64,000 bases of DNA from Phoronis australis (GCA_002633005.1 NMRA01000216.1:1-64000); one strand, 5' to 3'. Positions 41,901-56,900 are shown, numbered from the stretch's first letter. Numbers and translations are program-made. Notes: generated by a model from the sequence alone, not told the origin.

Positions 41901-44900
41901 TCAGCGAACTCCAACCATCGGACGATCATCATCCCATAGTCAATTTTTGCCTGGACTGGGTTCCTCATATGAATTTTTTGGAAATCTGTAGATTTTCTGA
42001 ATGTAGTTGTACCCTATCTTTTGAAGAAGGTTAAGTAATTAAATCACAAATTAATTTAATTCTCTTTGATACATTTTATCACATGATCTGGATTGTGTGT
42101 AAATGTATTTTTGATGTAAAATGACTGTTTCTTGGCATTTTTGCATACTGGTTTACAAGCATGTCATGTTGGGTTTTGAGTGACCGCTTTTAAAGCAATG
42201 TTATCACTGAAGATGACACCTTCAATAAATGAATAAAATTATAATCGTTAAATTTTTTACATTGAATGCGATAAGCTTGTAACCAGTTAAAACTGATATT
42301 AAATTATGTAAGCAATTGATGTCAATTTGTAGAGTCTAAAAATTATGCTTATGGATTAGTTTTAATTAGTTTTATACTCAGTCAGTTAAATGTTTTTGTC
42401 TTTGTACAACAATTCTATCTCTCTCAGAAGTGCATCTTGCCATTGTATCTGCAGAGTGCTGTACAATACTTTACAATACAAAGAATGTTTCCACATAGTG
42501 CTTGTAATGTGTGGTGTTCTTCTTATAGTTCTAGTCGCGTCCAGTCTGCCAAGTTGGACCGACCACAGTCAGTTCTATCCATGCTGTCTGACATGACATG
42601 GTCGACGGAGAAAGCCCACGAGATTACGTACCTACAGTAAGAAATTTATAAAATTGTCATGACTTTAATCTAAAGGCATACTGCACTGTCTTTTGGAGAA
42701 CAATCATGAACTTGAAACAGAGACAAAAGGAATTGGAATTTTTTAATGACAAAATGTGTCCTGGGGACGTCACCTTGGTCGTAGTGCAATGTTACGTGCG
42801 ACAATGTTTTGTGCTAACTTGACCTTGATATGTCTTGGATTATTTTATTTTATGGACACAAAACAAATAATTCAGTTGTTTACCATTCTTTCTTATTCCA
42901 TGTCAGAAAATACTGAATGAAATTGTTGCATTACTTTAAATTAGTTATTCATGTGCAATATGCCTTTGAGTTAATTTCCAACACATTTATTTGTATTCCG
43001 TCCTGTTTAACTGGCTGGAAAATGAAAATTGAGCTAGTACCTCTACTCTCAGAAAATCAGTCTCGTAATATTCATTGTTGTGACAGTGTTCTATTTCCGT
43101 TGGCAACAAGAACATAGTTACTTTAGACACCATCAACAACTCAAGAAAAAGCTTTAGAGTTTACTAGCCAAACATAAAATTGCGAATTTGAAAATGAACA
43201 CATTACTACACATGACTGTACACATGACTGTGCACATGACTGTGATGTGAGTTGTTGACGGACATAGAATCCAGTCATGGCAAGGAACATTTTGAGAGAT
43301 TTTATGAGCAAAATGCCTAAGTCAATTTTTGTTTTGCTAAATTGGGCAAAATGCAACACTAATTGGTCTTACCCTTCAAATTTAGTGACCCATATTCATT
43401 TTGTTAACTACGAGACATTACATCTATCGTTTTGTAGTGAATAAGTTGAGCACCACTGTGAGTCACATGTATGATAAAATTTTCCTCCATTTTTCGTGTT
43501 CAGAAGTAGACATATGCGCCTGATTGCAGATATAGGCGCATCTTCACCATAGTAAATAGTTATGCACTATCTTAGACAGCCATATCGGGTCATTAATTCA
43601 TGACTATCAAGTCTAATTGAAAATTTCATCACAAATGCCATTTAAAGTATTAACGACGTATTATTTGATATTTCCCTTAAAGACACATGGTGTCTAAATA
43701 TTTCCCTCTGCCCAAGTATATCCTGTGAGTACTGTTCTTTCTTGGTTATGTCTAGTGCCTGATGTGTGGCGGATATTATTTTTTCACAGAATGTGTTGTA
43801 TGCTTTCTCTAGTAGTGGAAAATAGTGGAAATATTTTTTGGTCGTTTTGTTTTTACATAGTGCCATCTTGTTATGATTGGTTTCTTGCTTTTTATTTTTA
43901 GTTTACGTGCTTAGCAGTGTTATTTTTGTGGCTGACTTTGTAATTTACTTTAAATTTTTAATTACTATAAAGTGGCCTTTGCATTATTTTTTTATTGCTT
44001 GAGGAGAGTTTCTCTGCTTATAGTAATATTGCGAAGTGATAAGTGGTACAGAATTAAATGACCTCTGATTTGTGGAGAGTCACCATCAAGCAAAAGTACT
44101 GCACAATATTTTAATCAATGTCTCTGTCAGTTACATTCTGCTATCAACAGTGAATTTATATCCTCAGTCATAACATGCAATCAGTTGTAGACACCTGTGT
44201 GACTGTTAAGTCAGATGTCTGCAAGTAACATAATTATTTAAACATTCAATTTTTCCTGTAAGTTTTTCTTAATAAAGTGGGCTTCCGGTCGACCTTGCAA
44301 AGTGTAAGTAACTATTAATTTGATAAATATATAATTTTTCAACAAGGTTCTTTTTTCTCTTTACAGCCACTGGTGAGTTCTTATTACAGCGCAATTTTAT
44401 ACATTTGGAATACTCCTCAATTAAACAACTTTACTATAGTCAAAAATTAATTTTTGATAGTCATCGGTGTTCTTTGTTTAGATGTTTGTAAGATTCTGTC
44501 CCTTTCAATTCTTCTACTTATCATTGTTGCTCTCTTTCAGGTTTCGTGTAGAGGTGAAGTTTTCTATCCCCAACATCATCATAGAGCCTCCATTGGAGCA
44601 TGTTCAGTCAGCTGTCAGCATAGTGGGAAAGAGGATCTTGGCTGCATGTAGAGGTATTAAGGGATTGTTAAGTGTCTGTGGAGAGGTATTAAGGGATTGT
44701 TAAGTGACTGTGGAGAGGTATTAAGTGATTGTTAAGTGACTGTGGAGAGGTATTAAGTGATTGTTAAGTGACTGTGTAGAGGTATTAAGGGATTGTTAAG
44801 TGACTTTGTTGAGGTATTAAGGGATTGTTAAGTGGCAGACTGTAGAGGTATTAAGGGATTGTTAAGTGACTGTGGAGAGGTATTAAGGGATTGTTAAGTG

Positions 44901-47900
44901 ACCGTGGAGAGATATTAAGGGATTGTTAAGTGACTGTGTAGAGGTATTTAGTGATTGTTAAGTGACTGTTGAGGTATTAAGGGATTGTTAAGTGACTGTG
45001 TAGAGGTATTAAGGGATTGTTAAGTGACTTTGTTGAGGTATTAAGGGATTGTTAAGTGACAGACTGTAGAGGTATTAAGGGATTGTTAAGTGACTGTTTT
45101 CTAAAACTAACTGGCTCTGAACACCAGCGACAGGGCCAGTGGTTCTTGAAACAGAATTGACCAATTTCGGCAAATTTTTTTTTGTTTCACCACAGTTGTG
45201 GCGAAAAATGAGAAGGGAAGCAGACGTAAAACTTAAGTTGGTTGAAAATTATCCCAATATTTTTGCTTTGATTTTCACTGAGAAGATAAGCTAACTTTTT
45301 TGAAAACTACTGTTTTGGAACAAGTGAGGTGATTGCATTTTCTGTGGCCATAGAGTGCAGGGCCTTTGCACTTTGTGATGTCCTTTTCATGTTTAAAAAT
45401 TAAAACAATACAAACTTTGACTGAAATCACATCTATTTTGTCTAAGGAATTTTTTGAGATGAATTTTGAATTTCATAACAATTAGTTACTGTAACTGGTC
45501 GAAATCAAATTATTTTGTCAAGAAGGGCAAGTATATGTATACACGAGCACAAGAGATTTCTAGTTATATTTAACCATTTTCTGACCATGCCGTGACTACA
45601 ATTATTTTAGGTATAAAGTGGATTGCTGGTAAGATTGGTCAACAGTTCTTCTCATCCATAAACGAGGACCCAACTGTAGTAGAAATCATGGAACAGCTGT
45701 CCAATATTGTGCCAGGTAAGCTCTTATTGGACATCATCTTAGTGAGTGAGAAAAGGTATAAATTGTTTCATCTAATAACAATAGTGACATTATTTATTAC
45801 TTAACTGTATATTATATTCTCCCAGTCAGTTAATCTCATTTGCTTAGCTTTTTATTTTTGAGAGGTGAGAATCAATTTTTTGCACTTCGCAAATGGCAAA
45901 TTAAATTTTGCATAAATCAGATATTAGATATTAGTTGTAGTTAACATTTGTTTAATTGTTAACTTTTCAGATCTACAGGATATCGTCCAAACTCATCTTC
46001 ACCACTTCAGCTTGTATGACTTCTTGTGGAAAGATGACATGCATGGCAACTATTATGACTTCATTAAGAATGACCCGGGCACATTTGCCATGAAGAGGGA
46101 AGTCGAGCGTCTCCTGAGAATTGAAAAGAAGGTATTGGTCCTAGCTTTTTGCTGGGCTGTCTTGTTTTACAATCAACTGCCAATGAGAACTGCATTCATT
46201 GACATATGCTATGATCTTTTGTCCCGTGCGAACACTTCTATGCCAAAATACTGCCGAGGGAATTTTTTCAATTTTTTTTCAAGAGGATATGTCGTCACTT
46301 GATGATTGTCATTTACTCTCAGACAATGGAAAACTGGGTTGTGTTTCTTGTGAAATGTCAGGTGAAATGTCAGCTTTAGTAATTATTGACATATATGTCA
46401 CGGTTATAATTTTTTAAATTCTTTTTGCAATTACCCTTTGTAAACCATGAATTTAAATGTGTTGTGCAATTACTAGGCTAGCAACCTAACCATTTTTCAG
46501 CTACTTTTGAGCCTTTGACAAGTTAGATGTTTTGACATCAGGGTCGTGAGAGAATATTTGCCAAAAAATCACTAAAACACAGTTACCAATTCCCCCCTTC
46601 CCCCCCTCACCACCACCCCTCCACTTTTTGAGCACAATGCATCACACCTGGACACATTACCCCTTTGCAGGTGTTGGCCATCCCCAGTGCCTTGCCAGTG
46701 GGACCCATTTGCATGCACACTGATCCTGTCAAGAACGCTCTACACGGGTTTGCCATGGCCTGGAAGACAAAGTATGCGTCGGTTCTTCATGAGGAAGCAA
46801 AGGTAGCTGGTATTTATTAATCATTAGCTTTCATTTTATGCTGAGTAGACTCACTGTAAACCTGGTTCATGTCGCAACACTTAGTGCTCAGCAAACTTAG
46901 CATAAGTGGGATCCAAGCTGATCGAGAGGTTTTATCTCTCTCAGAGTAAAGTGAAATATGATTTTTGAAGGGCTCACTGCACAAATGAGAAAAGAGTAAC
47001 GTGAAACTTTGTCCAAGTAGAGCGAAAATCTGATTTATGCATGTTTGTTTATCAGCAGCAGCATGAAGAAGATATTGTTTGTGATGTTTTATGTAAGTGG
47101 ATAAAGTTGATAAAGCCAGGTATTGGATAGTGGCCATTTATAGTTGAATGTGAAAACAAACAGTGAAGGAAAGGGAAAATCAGAGAATAATTCGCTTTAA
47201 GTCACAAGAATTGTTCCACATAGCTGATGTTCAGCAAGAGAAAACTTCTCGTCACTATTGAATAGAGTCATCTCTATTTGTTCACATTAAGAATTTTCTG
47301 TACCTCAGAAAAAGCTGGACGCAGCCACTCTGTACCGTATGAACGTGCGTAACCGGCTGGAGTTGACTGTACACACCCTTGATCAACTGAATAGCACCTT
47401 ACACCTACTGGAGGAGGTAGCAGATATGGAGAATAAGATAGATGACATTTACCTGCCTATTGAAGCCATGTACGCCAAACTCAGGTGAGTCTCGCTGTGG
47501 TCTGTGCTTAAATATAGGATCCCGTGGAAGGGTATTTAATATTTAATAAAGTTGTCTTCACGAACGTCACATTTATTGAACCAACCTCGTTCGTGTAATT
47601 AACAAGCTTGAATATGGTGACTGTTGCTGGCGGCTATTATTTATCCAGTACGTAAAATAGATTGGGACAATAATATTGTTTGAACTTCAACTATTACAGT
47701 AACTTCAACAATTCATTCCACCAATTCAGTGCAATACTGTGATCAAAACCAATAATTGTTTTGAAAATAATTAACTGGACAGCATTGAAATTTGACGAAC
47801 GTTTGGCGCGCATGACCACAAATACATTATTATCTACTTTATTATTTTGTAAGAATACATTCGATTCCATGGAATTCTCTTTGAATGCAAAATCTAAGCA

Positions 47901-50900
47901 GGTGTGGCTTCACGCACTTTGTTGAAATTGTGGCAACTTGCCTTGCAAGTCCATATTTTACAGGCAAACTATTAGCGGCAGGTCTCTAAAACATCACCAT
48001 AAACTTTGACTTAAGTTTGACAAAATTCCCATTTTAATACCACAAATATTTGCAGAGTCTAATAGAATGCTGTGGAATTTTATTTTATTTGAGAACTGCT
48101 GTATCATTCTATAAACAGAAACAGTAGCGAGTTGAGTATAACACTCCTCGATAACAATGCTATAGTTAGCTCTGTCAGTATTTCTCAAACTAATCAAGCA
48201 ACCATCTTAAGGTAATTAAAGTTTAGCATCGAGTACTAAAATAAAAGTGACAGGCTTGCAAGCTTCGCCAAGTTTTAACAAATCTGAATACTGACTTCTA
48301 CTTTAAATTTGTTTTCCTTGTTCACAAGACGTTCATTTTCTTTTATAAAAATTCAGTTTGGATTCTCATACAACCGTTTTTTTTTGTTTTTTTTTTGATT
48401 CTTGCAATCTGTGGCATAATTGTGACGAAATGTAATGACTTCACCAGTAGTCATGATTATTATCTCCCCTTTCTGTGCAGAGAGTTTGAACTACGACTTC
48501 CACGCAGTGAAGTTCAAGAGGTGGATCAGCTGCGTGACAAGTGGCAGGACCTGCTTGACCTGGCTGGCGTGGTTAGGAAAGACCTGCTGAAGGAGAAGAG
48601 GGGAGTTTTTGAACAAGAGCTTGACAAACAAGTCAAGGTAAGACACTGCATTGGGCTGGTGGGTACATGTTTTGTTACACGGATGATTTTCTAATAAAAT
48701 ACCCAACTGATAGGGCATTATACCAGTCCTACTCTCACCGAAGTTTGCAACTAGTCAGTAGCAATCCCTCACATGGGTGACTCGGCTCGGATTGATTACA
48801 ATATTGCTCGATATGTTGCTCGTCATGAACTTCACTTTGCAATATAAGACAATAACTCTGTTGTGATGATCACGATCACTGTTCAACAGCTGTGTCTAAA
48901 TTAGATGCTGATAAATAATGAACGTTCATTATTACTCATTTGATATACGACGAAGACTAGCCATTAAACCGTCGGTTAGTGCAATGCAATAGGCTTTTGA
49001 TTAATCTGACTGGTGGTTGTTCAAACCTGGTATAAGTAATCCCTTATGTTTTTAATGGAACAAAATTTAATCATGGTATATCTTATTCACCTTTTCCTCA
49101 GACATTCGTCGTGGAGGTCATCCAGTTCCGGAATGCGTTTGACGCCCAGGGTCCCGCCGTGCCAGGCATACCTCCAGAGGAGGCTGTGGAAAGATTACAC
49201 GACTTCCAACACAGATACGGTCTGTTTGAGGCGAAACGCAAGACGCTGGACTCAGTCTCCAAGCTGTTTGGTATTGTGTGCAAGCCGTTCCCAGAACTGG
49301 ACAAAACTGGTGAAGTAAGGAATGCAATTCTAAAATTGACCCAATTCTTTGACTAGTTTATTAAGCCTTTAGTTAAGAGACAAAGTATGTTGTAAAATTT
49401 TACTTAATTTGTGTATACTGACCTGTGTTTTACTCACTGTAAGACTGTGTAATTTTGAAAATTTCTAAAAACCAGACTTGTCCAGTAGGCTTTTATTCAG
49501 TCAAGATCGTATTCCATTAAAACATCTGATGTCCATTTCCGTTTTTAATTGCAAACCAAAAATTATAGCCAGGTAGTAATTCCATGTCATTCTGTGAAGT
49601 CATTCAGGCTATACAGTATTCTGTTGTGTGGTTTGCAGGAACTGGTCTTGCTCGGACAGCTCTACGGCCTGTTCCAGAAGTTCATCAGGTTTGACAACAG
49701 ATTCAAGGACACGCTTTGGGCAGAGGTGCACTTGGAAGAATCTAACAGAGAGGTGATCCTTGTTGAATGTTATAATTAAACAAATTTTCTTACTACTTTT
49801 TCACTCAAAACAACATAACATTGTTCACCTACAATGATCATCTGTTTCATGATTTAAGCCTTGGTGCCTAAAGTTGGAATGAGTTAAGAGGTGGTCAAAG
49901 CAGTCCTCAAATTAGAATATGTCTCTTAGCATGCTATAGTTTAACCTGCAGTTTGTATGTCTTATGTATAATATTAAGTCTTATGGTGTTAGCTGTTCAT
50001 ACTCACACAATTCAAGGCATTCCATATAATTTTCTAATGCTTGGTTTTATGTTCAAAATTGGTTACCTTTTGACCAATGTTATAGTTAACTCAAAGATTT
50101 TTGTTTTATCGATTCTATAACCAGCAGTAGTTTGTAATGCTCGTTTACAGTTTTGTAACAACTTTACTGTTTAACTCTTAAATTATAAATGTAAATGATG
50201 TACTGTGGCCATTTCAGGTTGAGTCATACTGGGATGAGTGCTTGGCTTTACCCAGTAAACTGAAAGACTGGGACGCCTACACAGACATGAAGGGCTCTAT
50301 ACAGGAGTACCTTGACGTCTTCCCACTCCTACACAGACTGGCATCCAAGGTAAGCTNCATTGGGCTGGTGGGTACATGTTTTGTTACACGGATGATTTTC
50401 TAATAAAATACCCAACTGATAGGGCATTATACCAGTCCTACTCTCACCGAAGTTTGCAACTAGTCAGTAGCAATCCCTCACATGGGAGACTCGGCTCGGA
50501 TTGATTACAATATTGCTCGATGTGTTGCTCGTTGTGAATTTCACTTTGCAATATAAGACAATAACTCTGTTGTGATGATCATGATCACTGTTTAACAGCT
50601 GTGTCTCAATGGGATGCTGACAAATAATGAATGTTCATTCATTTGTTACTCGTTTGATATACGACGAAGACTAGCCATTAAACTGTCGGTTAGTCCAATG
50701 CAATAGGCTTTTAATTTATCATACTGGTGGTTGTTCAAACCTGGTATAAGTAATCTTTTATGTTATTAATGGAACAAAATGTATTTCATGGTATATCTTA
50801 TTCACCTTTTCCTCAGACATTCGTCGTGGAGGTCATCCAGTTCCGGAATGCGTTTGACGCCCAGGGCCCCGCCGTGCCAGGCATACCTCCAGAGGAGGCT

Positions 50901-53900
50901 GTGGAAAGATTGCACGACTTCCAACACAGATACGGTCTGTTTGAGGCGAAACGCAAGACGCTGGACTCAGTCTCCAAGCTGTTTGGTATTGTGTGCAAGC
51001 CGTTCCCAGAACTGGACAAAACTGGTGAAGTAAGAAATGCAATTCCAAAATTGACCCAGTCTTTTACTTGTATATAAAGCCTTTAGTTACCAGTCGAGAC
51101 AAAGTATGCTGTAAAATTGTATTTAATTGTGTATGCTGACCTGTGCTTTACTCACTGTAAGACGGTGTAATTTTGAAAATTTCTAAAAACCAGGCTTATC
51201 TAGTAGTCTTTTATTCAGTCAAGATCGTATTTCATTAAAACATCTGATGTCCATTTCCGTTTTTAATTGCAAACCAAAAATTATAGTCAGGTAGTAATTC
51301 CATGTCATTCTGTGAAGTCATTCAGGCTATACAGTATTCTGTTGTGTGGTTTGCAGGAACTGGTCTTGCTCGGACAGCTCTACGGCCTGTTCCAGAAGTT
51401 CATCAGGTTTGACAACAGATTCAAGGACACGCTGTGGGCAGAGGTGCACTTGGAAGAATCTAACAGAGAGGTGATCTTTGTTGAATGTTATTATTAAACA
51501 CATTTTCTTACTACTTTTTCACACAAAACAACATAACCTTGTTCACCTACAATGATCATCTGTTTCATGATGGTGCCTAAAGTTGGAATGAGTTAAGAGG
51601 TGGTCAAAGCAATCCTCAAATTAGAATATGTCTCTTAGCATGCTATAGTTTAACCTGCAGTTTGTATGTCTTATGTATAATATTAAGTCTTATGGTGTGT
51701 TAGCTGTTCATACTTGCACGATTCAAGGCATTCCATATAATTTTCTAATGCTTTGTTTTATGTTCAAAATTGGTTACCTTTTCACCAATGTCATAGGTAA
51801 CTCAAAGATTTTTGTTTTATCGATTCTATAACCAGCAGTAGTTTGTAATGCTCGCTTACAGTTTTGTAACAACTTTACTGTTTAACTCTTAAGTTATAAA
51901 TGTAAATGATGTACTGTGGCCATTTCAGGTTGAGTCATACTGGGATGAGTGCTTGGCTTTACCCAGTAAACTGAAAGACTGGGACGCCTACACAGACATG
52001 AAGGGCTCTATACAGGAGTACCTTGACGTCTTCCCACTCCTACACAGACTGGCATCCAAGGTAAGCTATAAAATTTATTTAATAATACTTCGAGGCCATT
52101 GGTCCATAGTACAACAAATATGTGAAAATACATTACAGATTAAAGTTGCAAGAAATGCATATTAAAAAAGTGAACTTGAACAGTTATGTATCCATGAGAG
52201 GAGCAAAACAAAGCTAGACAGTAATTCATCAATGATTAAATGTAGCTGCTGCTTTCTCTCTTAGAGCAGAACCATATTAGTTAGCTTGTACGTTTTCATC
52301 ACAGCTTGTTTATAACCTTTAGCTCTTGCTGGCTTGGGTTACATCTGAATTTTGGTGTGATAAACACATTCGTTAGACTAGAATGCAGTGTGCAAAATTC
52401 ATTAGAAAATGAAACTAGTCCTCTGTAGAATTATTATAGTAATCACTTCATTTCACATCATTTTGCCTTGCATTGAGTGATCTACTAGTGTTGAGATCTG
52501 AATAGCTATATTAAAATAAAATTGTTATTTCTATGACTTACTTCATATGTATGGTAGCTGTAATGAGATTGGAGGTGATAGTAATGGCTGTACATTTGTT
52601 TGACTTGTCTTGTGTGCATATTAAGTAGTTCATTATAAATAGAGTTTAATTTAAAACTTAAGCATTTTAATAGTATTAAAGGACTTCTTTTGGCTTCACT
52701 TTGGTTAAAAAATTGATGTAAATTTTTAAGTTGAGTTTTGAATTTGTTGATGCACCAACCCACTGTGGAATGTTACTGAATTTGAAATTATATGAAGTTG
52801 TACGAGAAAACGCAAATACATACAGGACTGTAATTTATGAAATTTCCTACTTTTGTGATACTTTTGGTTTGTGAGATTAGTTCTGTGTTCTTAAAAAGTC
52901 AACTTAGAGGAAAGGATTTCTTGAAGAATGTAGAGAAAATGTATTAGTAGGGAGAACCGTGGTGGTAGCTTTATTTTATCCACTTTTGTCTGGAGTCAAT
53001 TATGACCATGACGTTTGCGAGCCTAATTCTGACTGCCTCTTTCCAGGAAATCCGCAGTCGTCATTGGTTACAAGTAATGCAAGTGACTGGCAGCTCCTTC
53101 CAATTGGAGGCTAATGTTTTCAAGCTTAGTCATCTGCTGGATATTGGACTCATCAAGTAAGAATTCCCATGTGTCTTTTTTAAAATGAGATGACTACATG
53201 ACTGTGAGCATGTCAGTTGTGGTATGATGTGCGATATTCTACATCCTTCTAATTAAACTCTTGACGATTGTGGGCTTATCTTAAAAATCCCACTTGTTCT
53301 TTCAAAGGGCTCATGGGACCCGTTTTCAAAATGTTTGATTGTGTTCATTAACAGAATGAGGAAAGCTTAGCCTGGTATGTTCTAATGTTCAATCCATGTG
53401 CTTTGAAATTGTATTGTGGTCATCAGCATAGTGTTACTTTATGTGTCTGTGCTTGCATTATTAGACACAAGACAGAAATTGAAGGCATCTGTCACAGTGC
53501 TGCTAAGGAGATGGAGCTGGAAGTGAAAATGAGGATCACAGAGGAGGAATGGACAGAGCAGGTGAGTGAGATGATAACTAGTGTTACAGTGATACTGTGT
53601 CAGGATTTACTAGCTCATGATTTACTGGTCTAATGATAACTAGACTAAGTTTGATATTATGTCAGGATTTACTAGCTCATGATTTACTGGTCTAATGATA
53701 ACTAGACTAAGTTTGATATTATGTCAGGATTTACTAGCTCATGATTTACTGGTCTAATGATAACTAGACTAAGTGTGATATTGTGTCAGGACTTACTAGT
53801 CCGTGCTTTACTGGTCCATTGGTAATTGGTGTGATACTGTGCGAGGACTTACTAGTCCGTGTTTTACTGGTCTGATGATAGCTAGACTAAGTGATACTGT

Positions 53901-56900
53901 GTCACTGAATAAGTTCATAAATTATATTTTTTGCGACACAACCAGCTGAAGTGTTACCTTCAGATGACAGTCTTGGCTCATCACAACAACTATCTTCAGA
54001 ATCTTATATTCACTAGGCAGATACTCAGTGAACAGGTTGTGGTATTAGCCAAGATTTCTTGTAGCATACATCTCACGAATAATCAGCATATTTGTTGAAT
54101 CCCCCCATGGTTGCGACTAAGATATTATATCAGTCCCATGTTCTACCGCAGGTTTTGACCTTTGAACACTACAAGAAACTTGGTCCTATCTACCTTGACA
54201 AAGGTTGTACAGAGAGACTCTTGGAGCAGTTGGAGGATGCTGAAGCCCTTTTGGCCAACATGCTCACATCCAAGTATGTGGCTCCTCTGCGTGAGGAGGC
54301 GGCTTCGTGGGCCGAGAAGCTGAAAGAAGTGGGAGAGGTCCTAGAACTGTGGCTGGAGGTACAAGACTTATGGCAGTACCTGGAGGCAGTGTTCAGCAAT
54401 GGTGCAGCCGCTAAGGTAAGTCGTGTAGACAAAGGAGTTATGGTCTCATATACCGTGCCCTCATTTTGAGAACCAGTTGATGCCCGTCAGTCAGTGGAGA
54501 AAACTGGTTCTGAAAATGCGGGCACGTTATATGGGACTAGTACCGACAAAGATTGGATCAAAATGATGAAGAGATGTGAAAGCTCTGCGGTTCTGTTTAT
54601 TGGTGAATCCGTTGTTTAGGCCATAAAGCTGAAGCAGCGTGCAAGTTTGGTGCATTATATGGGGTCAGTATTTTGATAAATGTTGTATTGCTGCAAAAAC
54701 ATTATTGTCTACAAGTGCGAGGAAAAAAGATCCTGTCTTCAATTTTGAAAAAAAATGCTGACCAGTGATTGATGGGAGTGATAATAGAGTACCTTTAATA
54801 GCTCTTGACCAATGAGTGTTGCACGGACATTCCAGTGATTTGGCATTGTTGTTTCCAGGAATTGCCTCAAGAAGCCAACAGATTCAGTCGTATAGACAAA
54901 GGTTGGATCAAAATGATGAAGAGAGCTTACGATACTCGCAATGTTCTGCAGGTCAGTCAATAGCAAGTCTTTCCTCTCACATCCTTGATGAAAATCAGAT
55001 ATTATAATTTAAATTCAATCTGCCTATTTTCTGGACAAAGACTTAATGAATGCCTCATTTTCGTTGGCTCTGTTTTAGTGTGGCAGATGCGCTTGTAGTG
55101 TCTGAGCTCCGACATTGACATTAACTGTAACTTAATACTGGCTATGAATGTTGTGTAATAAAATTTTGAATTGCAAAGACATTATTTTTCAGACATTTTT
55201 CATTAATTGGTGAAAAGTGTTTACACCAACTTGTAGACTATTTTCTTTAGCCAATGTAAATATTATAAGATAGGCCAATATAATTAATTTAGAAATGGTG
55301 TTACCACATCATCACTTCAAAGTGGCTTTAGGAAGTCCTTATTTTTCATGTGCACGGTGCTTTTTCAAACAGATGCTAAAGATAAATTAATTATGTTGAC
55401 CTTCTAAATTGTGTACTTCATGACTTGTCAGGATTTGGATTTAAAAGTGGTATGTCTTGTGTATCTGTCAGTTGGAAGTGGATGAATGCCCCCTTACCAA
55501 CATATAAACTTGGACACAATTCATAATGAGGTTATCTACTGCACATTCTTATACAGGCTGTTGTTTCCCTTGCAGTGTTGTTACGGTGGTGAGGTTCCTA
55601 AAGGGGTGGTCCTGCGACACATCTTTGAAGAGCTGGAGATCTGCTTCAAGTCTCTACAGTCGTACTTGGACGGCAAGCGTAAACTGTTCCCTCGCTTCTA
55701 CTTTGTCTCAGACTCCACACTGATTGCTATACTCAGTCGACCACATGACTTGGACTCAGTTAAGCCACATCTTAGGTATAGTATTTTCTTGGTTAACTTT
55801 AATGTCTTAAAAGTTAATGTCATTATCCAGAAATGTCGGTGTGAATGGTTGAGGTTTTTTTGAGCTCATTAAGTTAGAATTAAGACCTTTTACATGTGTT
55901 CGTCAGATAGCTATGTATGGATATTTTGTAGCCTCCTTCTAGTCAGTGGTCTTTTTTCGCTAAGTATTGGGGGAATTTTCAAAAATTAGTTATGCAGGGA
56001 GAACTGTCTTGCATTTTTTTCCAAAACTGTTGACTAATTTAAGTTAATGATTATTAAACAAAAGGTGGCGGATTTCTTTCTAATACGCAAATGTTATTAA
56101 AGAAAATTTTATATAATGTTTTGCTTTCTATTTGGCATGGCAACTTCTATTTGCCTCTCTCGAAGCTGTGACAATGTTCTATTCTTGACTCAGACATCTG
56201 TTATTTAGCATTTGATTAACAGAAAGATATACTTTTTTCCCAGTTCCATACTCAGTAGTCACCTAATTACATCTACTACATTTCAGGACATTGTTTTCTA
56301 ATGTCGCTGATGTTGAGCTTCAAAAAACTGGTTTTGTCGATGCCCAGTCCATATCAACGTTGACTTCTAATCGGGGTAGTCGTACCCAAACACCTCTGGA
56401 GAGAGGGAGTGCTGGACGTAGGTCCACCTCACCTTTGGTCCCGCTCACTGCTACCAAGATAGACAAGAGACTGACCACCATGCATGTAAGTAACCCACCT
56501 CCTAGTCCTTTTGATTGACAGTGTGGGTTGTTTATAATTATCCCGTTTAAGTATGAGATATTCACATTGTGTTGAAAATGAGTTTCGTTCACTGCGTGAT
56601 TTTAATATCCAAAGGCGTGTTTCATAAACGATTACCCATTCTGTGATTTTTTAAAAATACCGCTCTGCATATATTATAACTTGCACTTGATAACCAGGAA
56701 TTATTTCAAGTGTTCAAGGTGTTTTTCACTATAGGAAACATTATAGATTTAGTGATTTTATTATAGTTGCCCCACAATGAGAATCTTAATTCACAGTTTT
56801 GTTCTATGACCACGTATTAGCAGTCCCGTTATGATCCTAGTTTTGGTGTCCCCATTTTAGGTCGTACCAGTGGCAGGGGTGGGTAAATTTAATATGTTCC

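Noticed and set aside
44647-45096. CRISPR-like array (also 53589-53903 and 29716-29890)
   Set aside because: Head-to-tail units with no unique spacers, in eukaryotic introns, and no cas genes.
46132-46681. Intron start GTATTGGTCCT resembling next exon start GTGTTGGCCAT
   Set aside because: An 8/11 match including the obligatory GT is too short to separate from chance.
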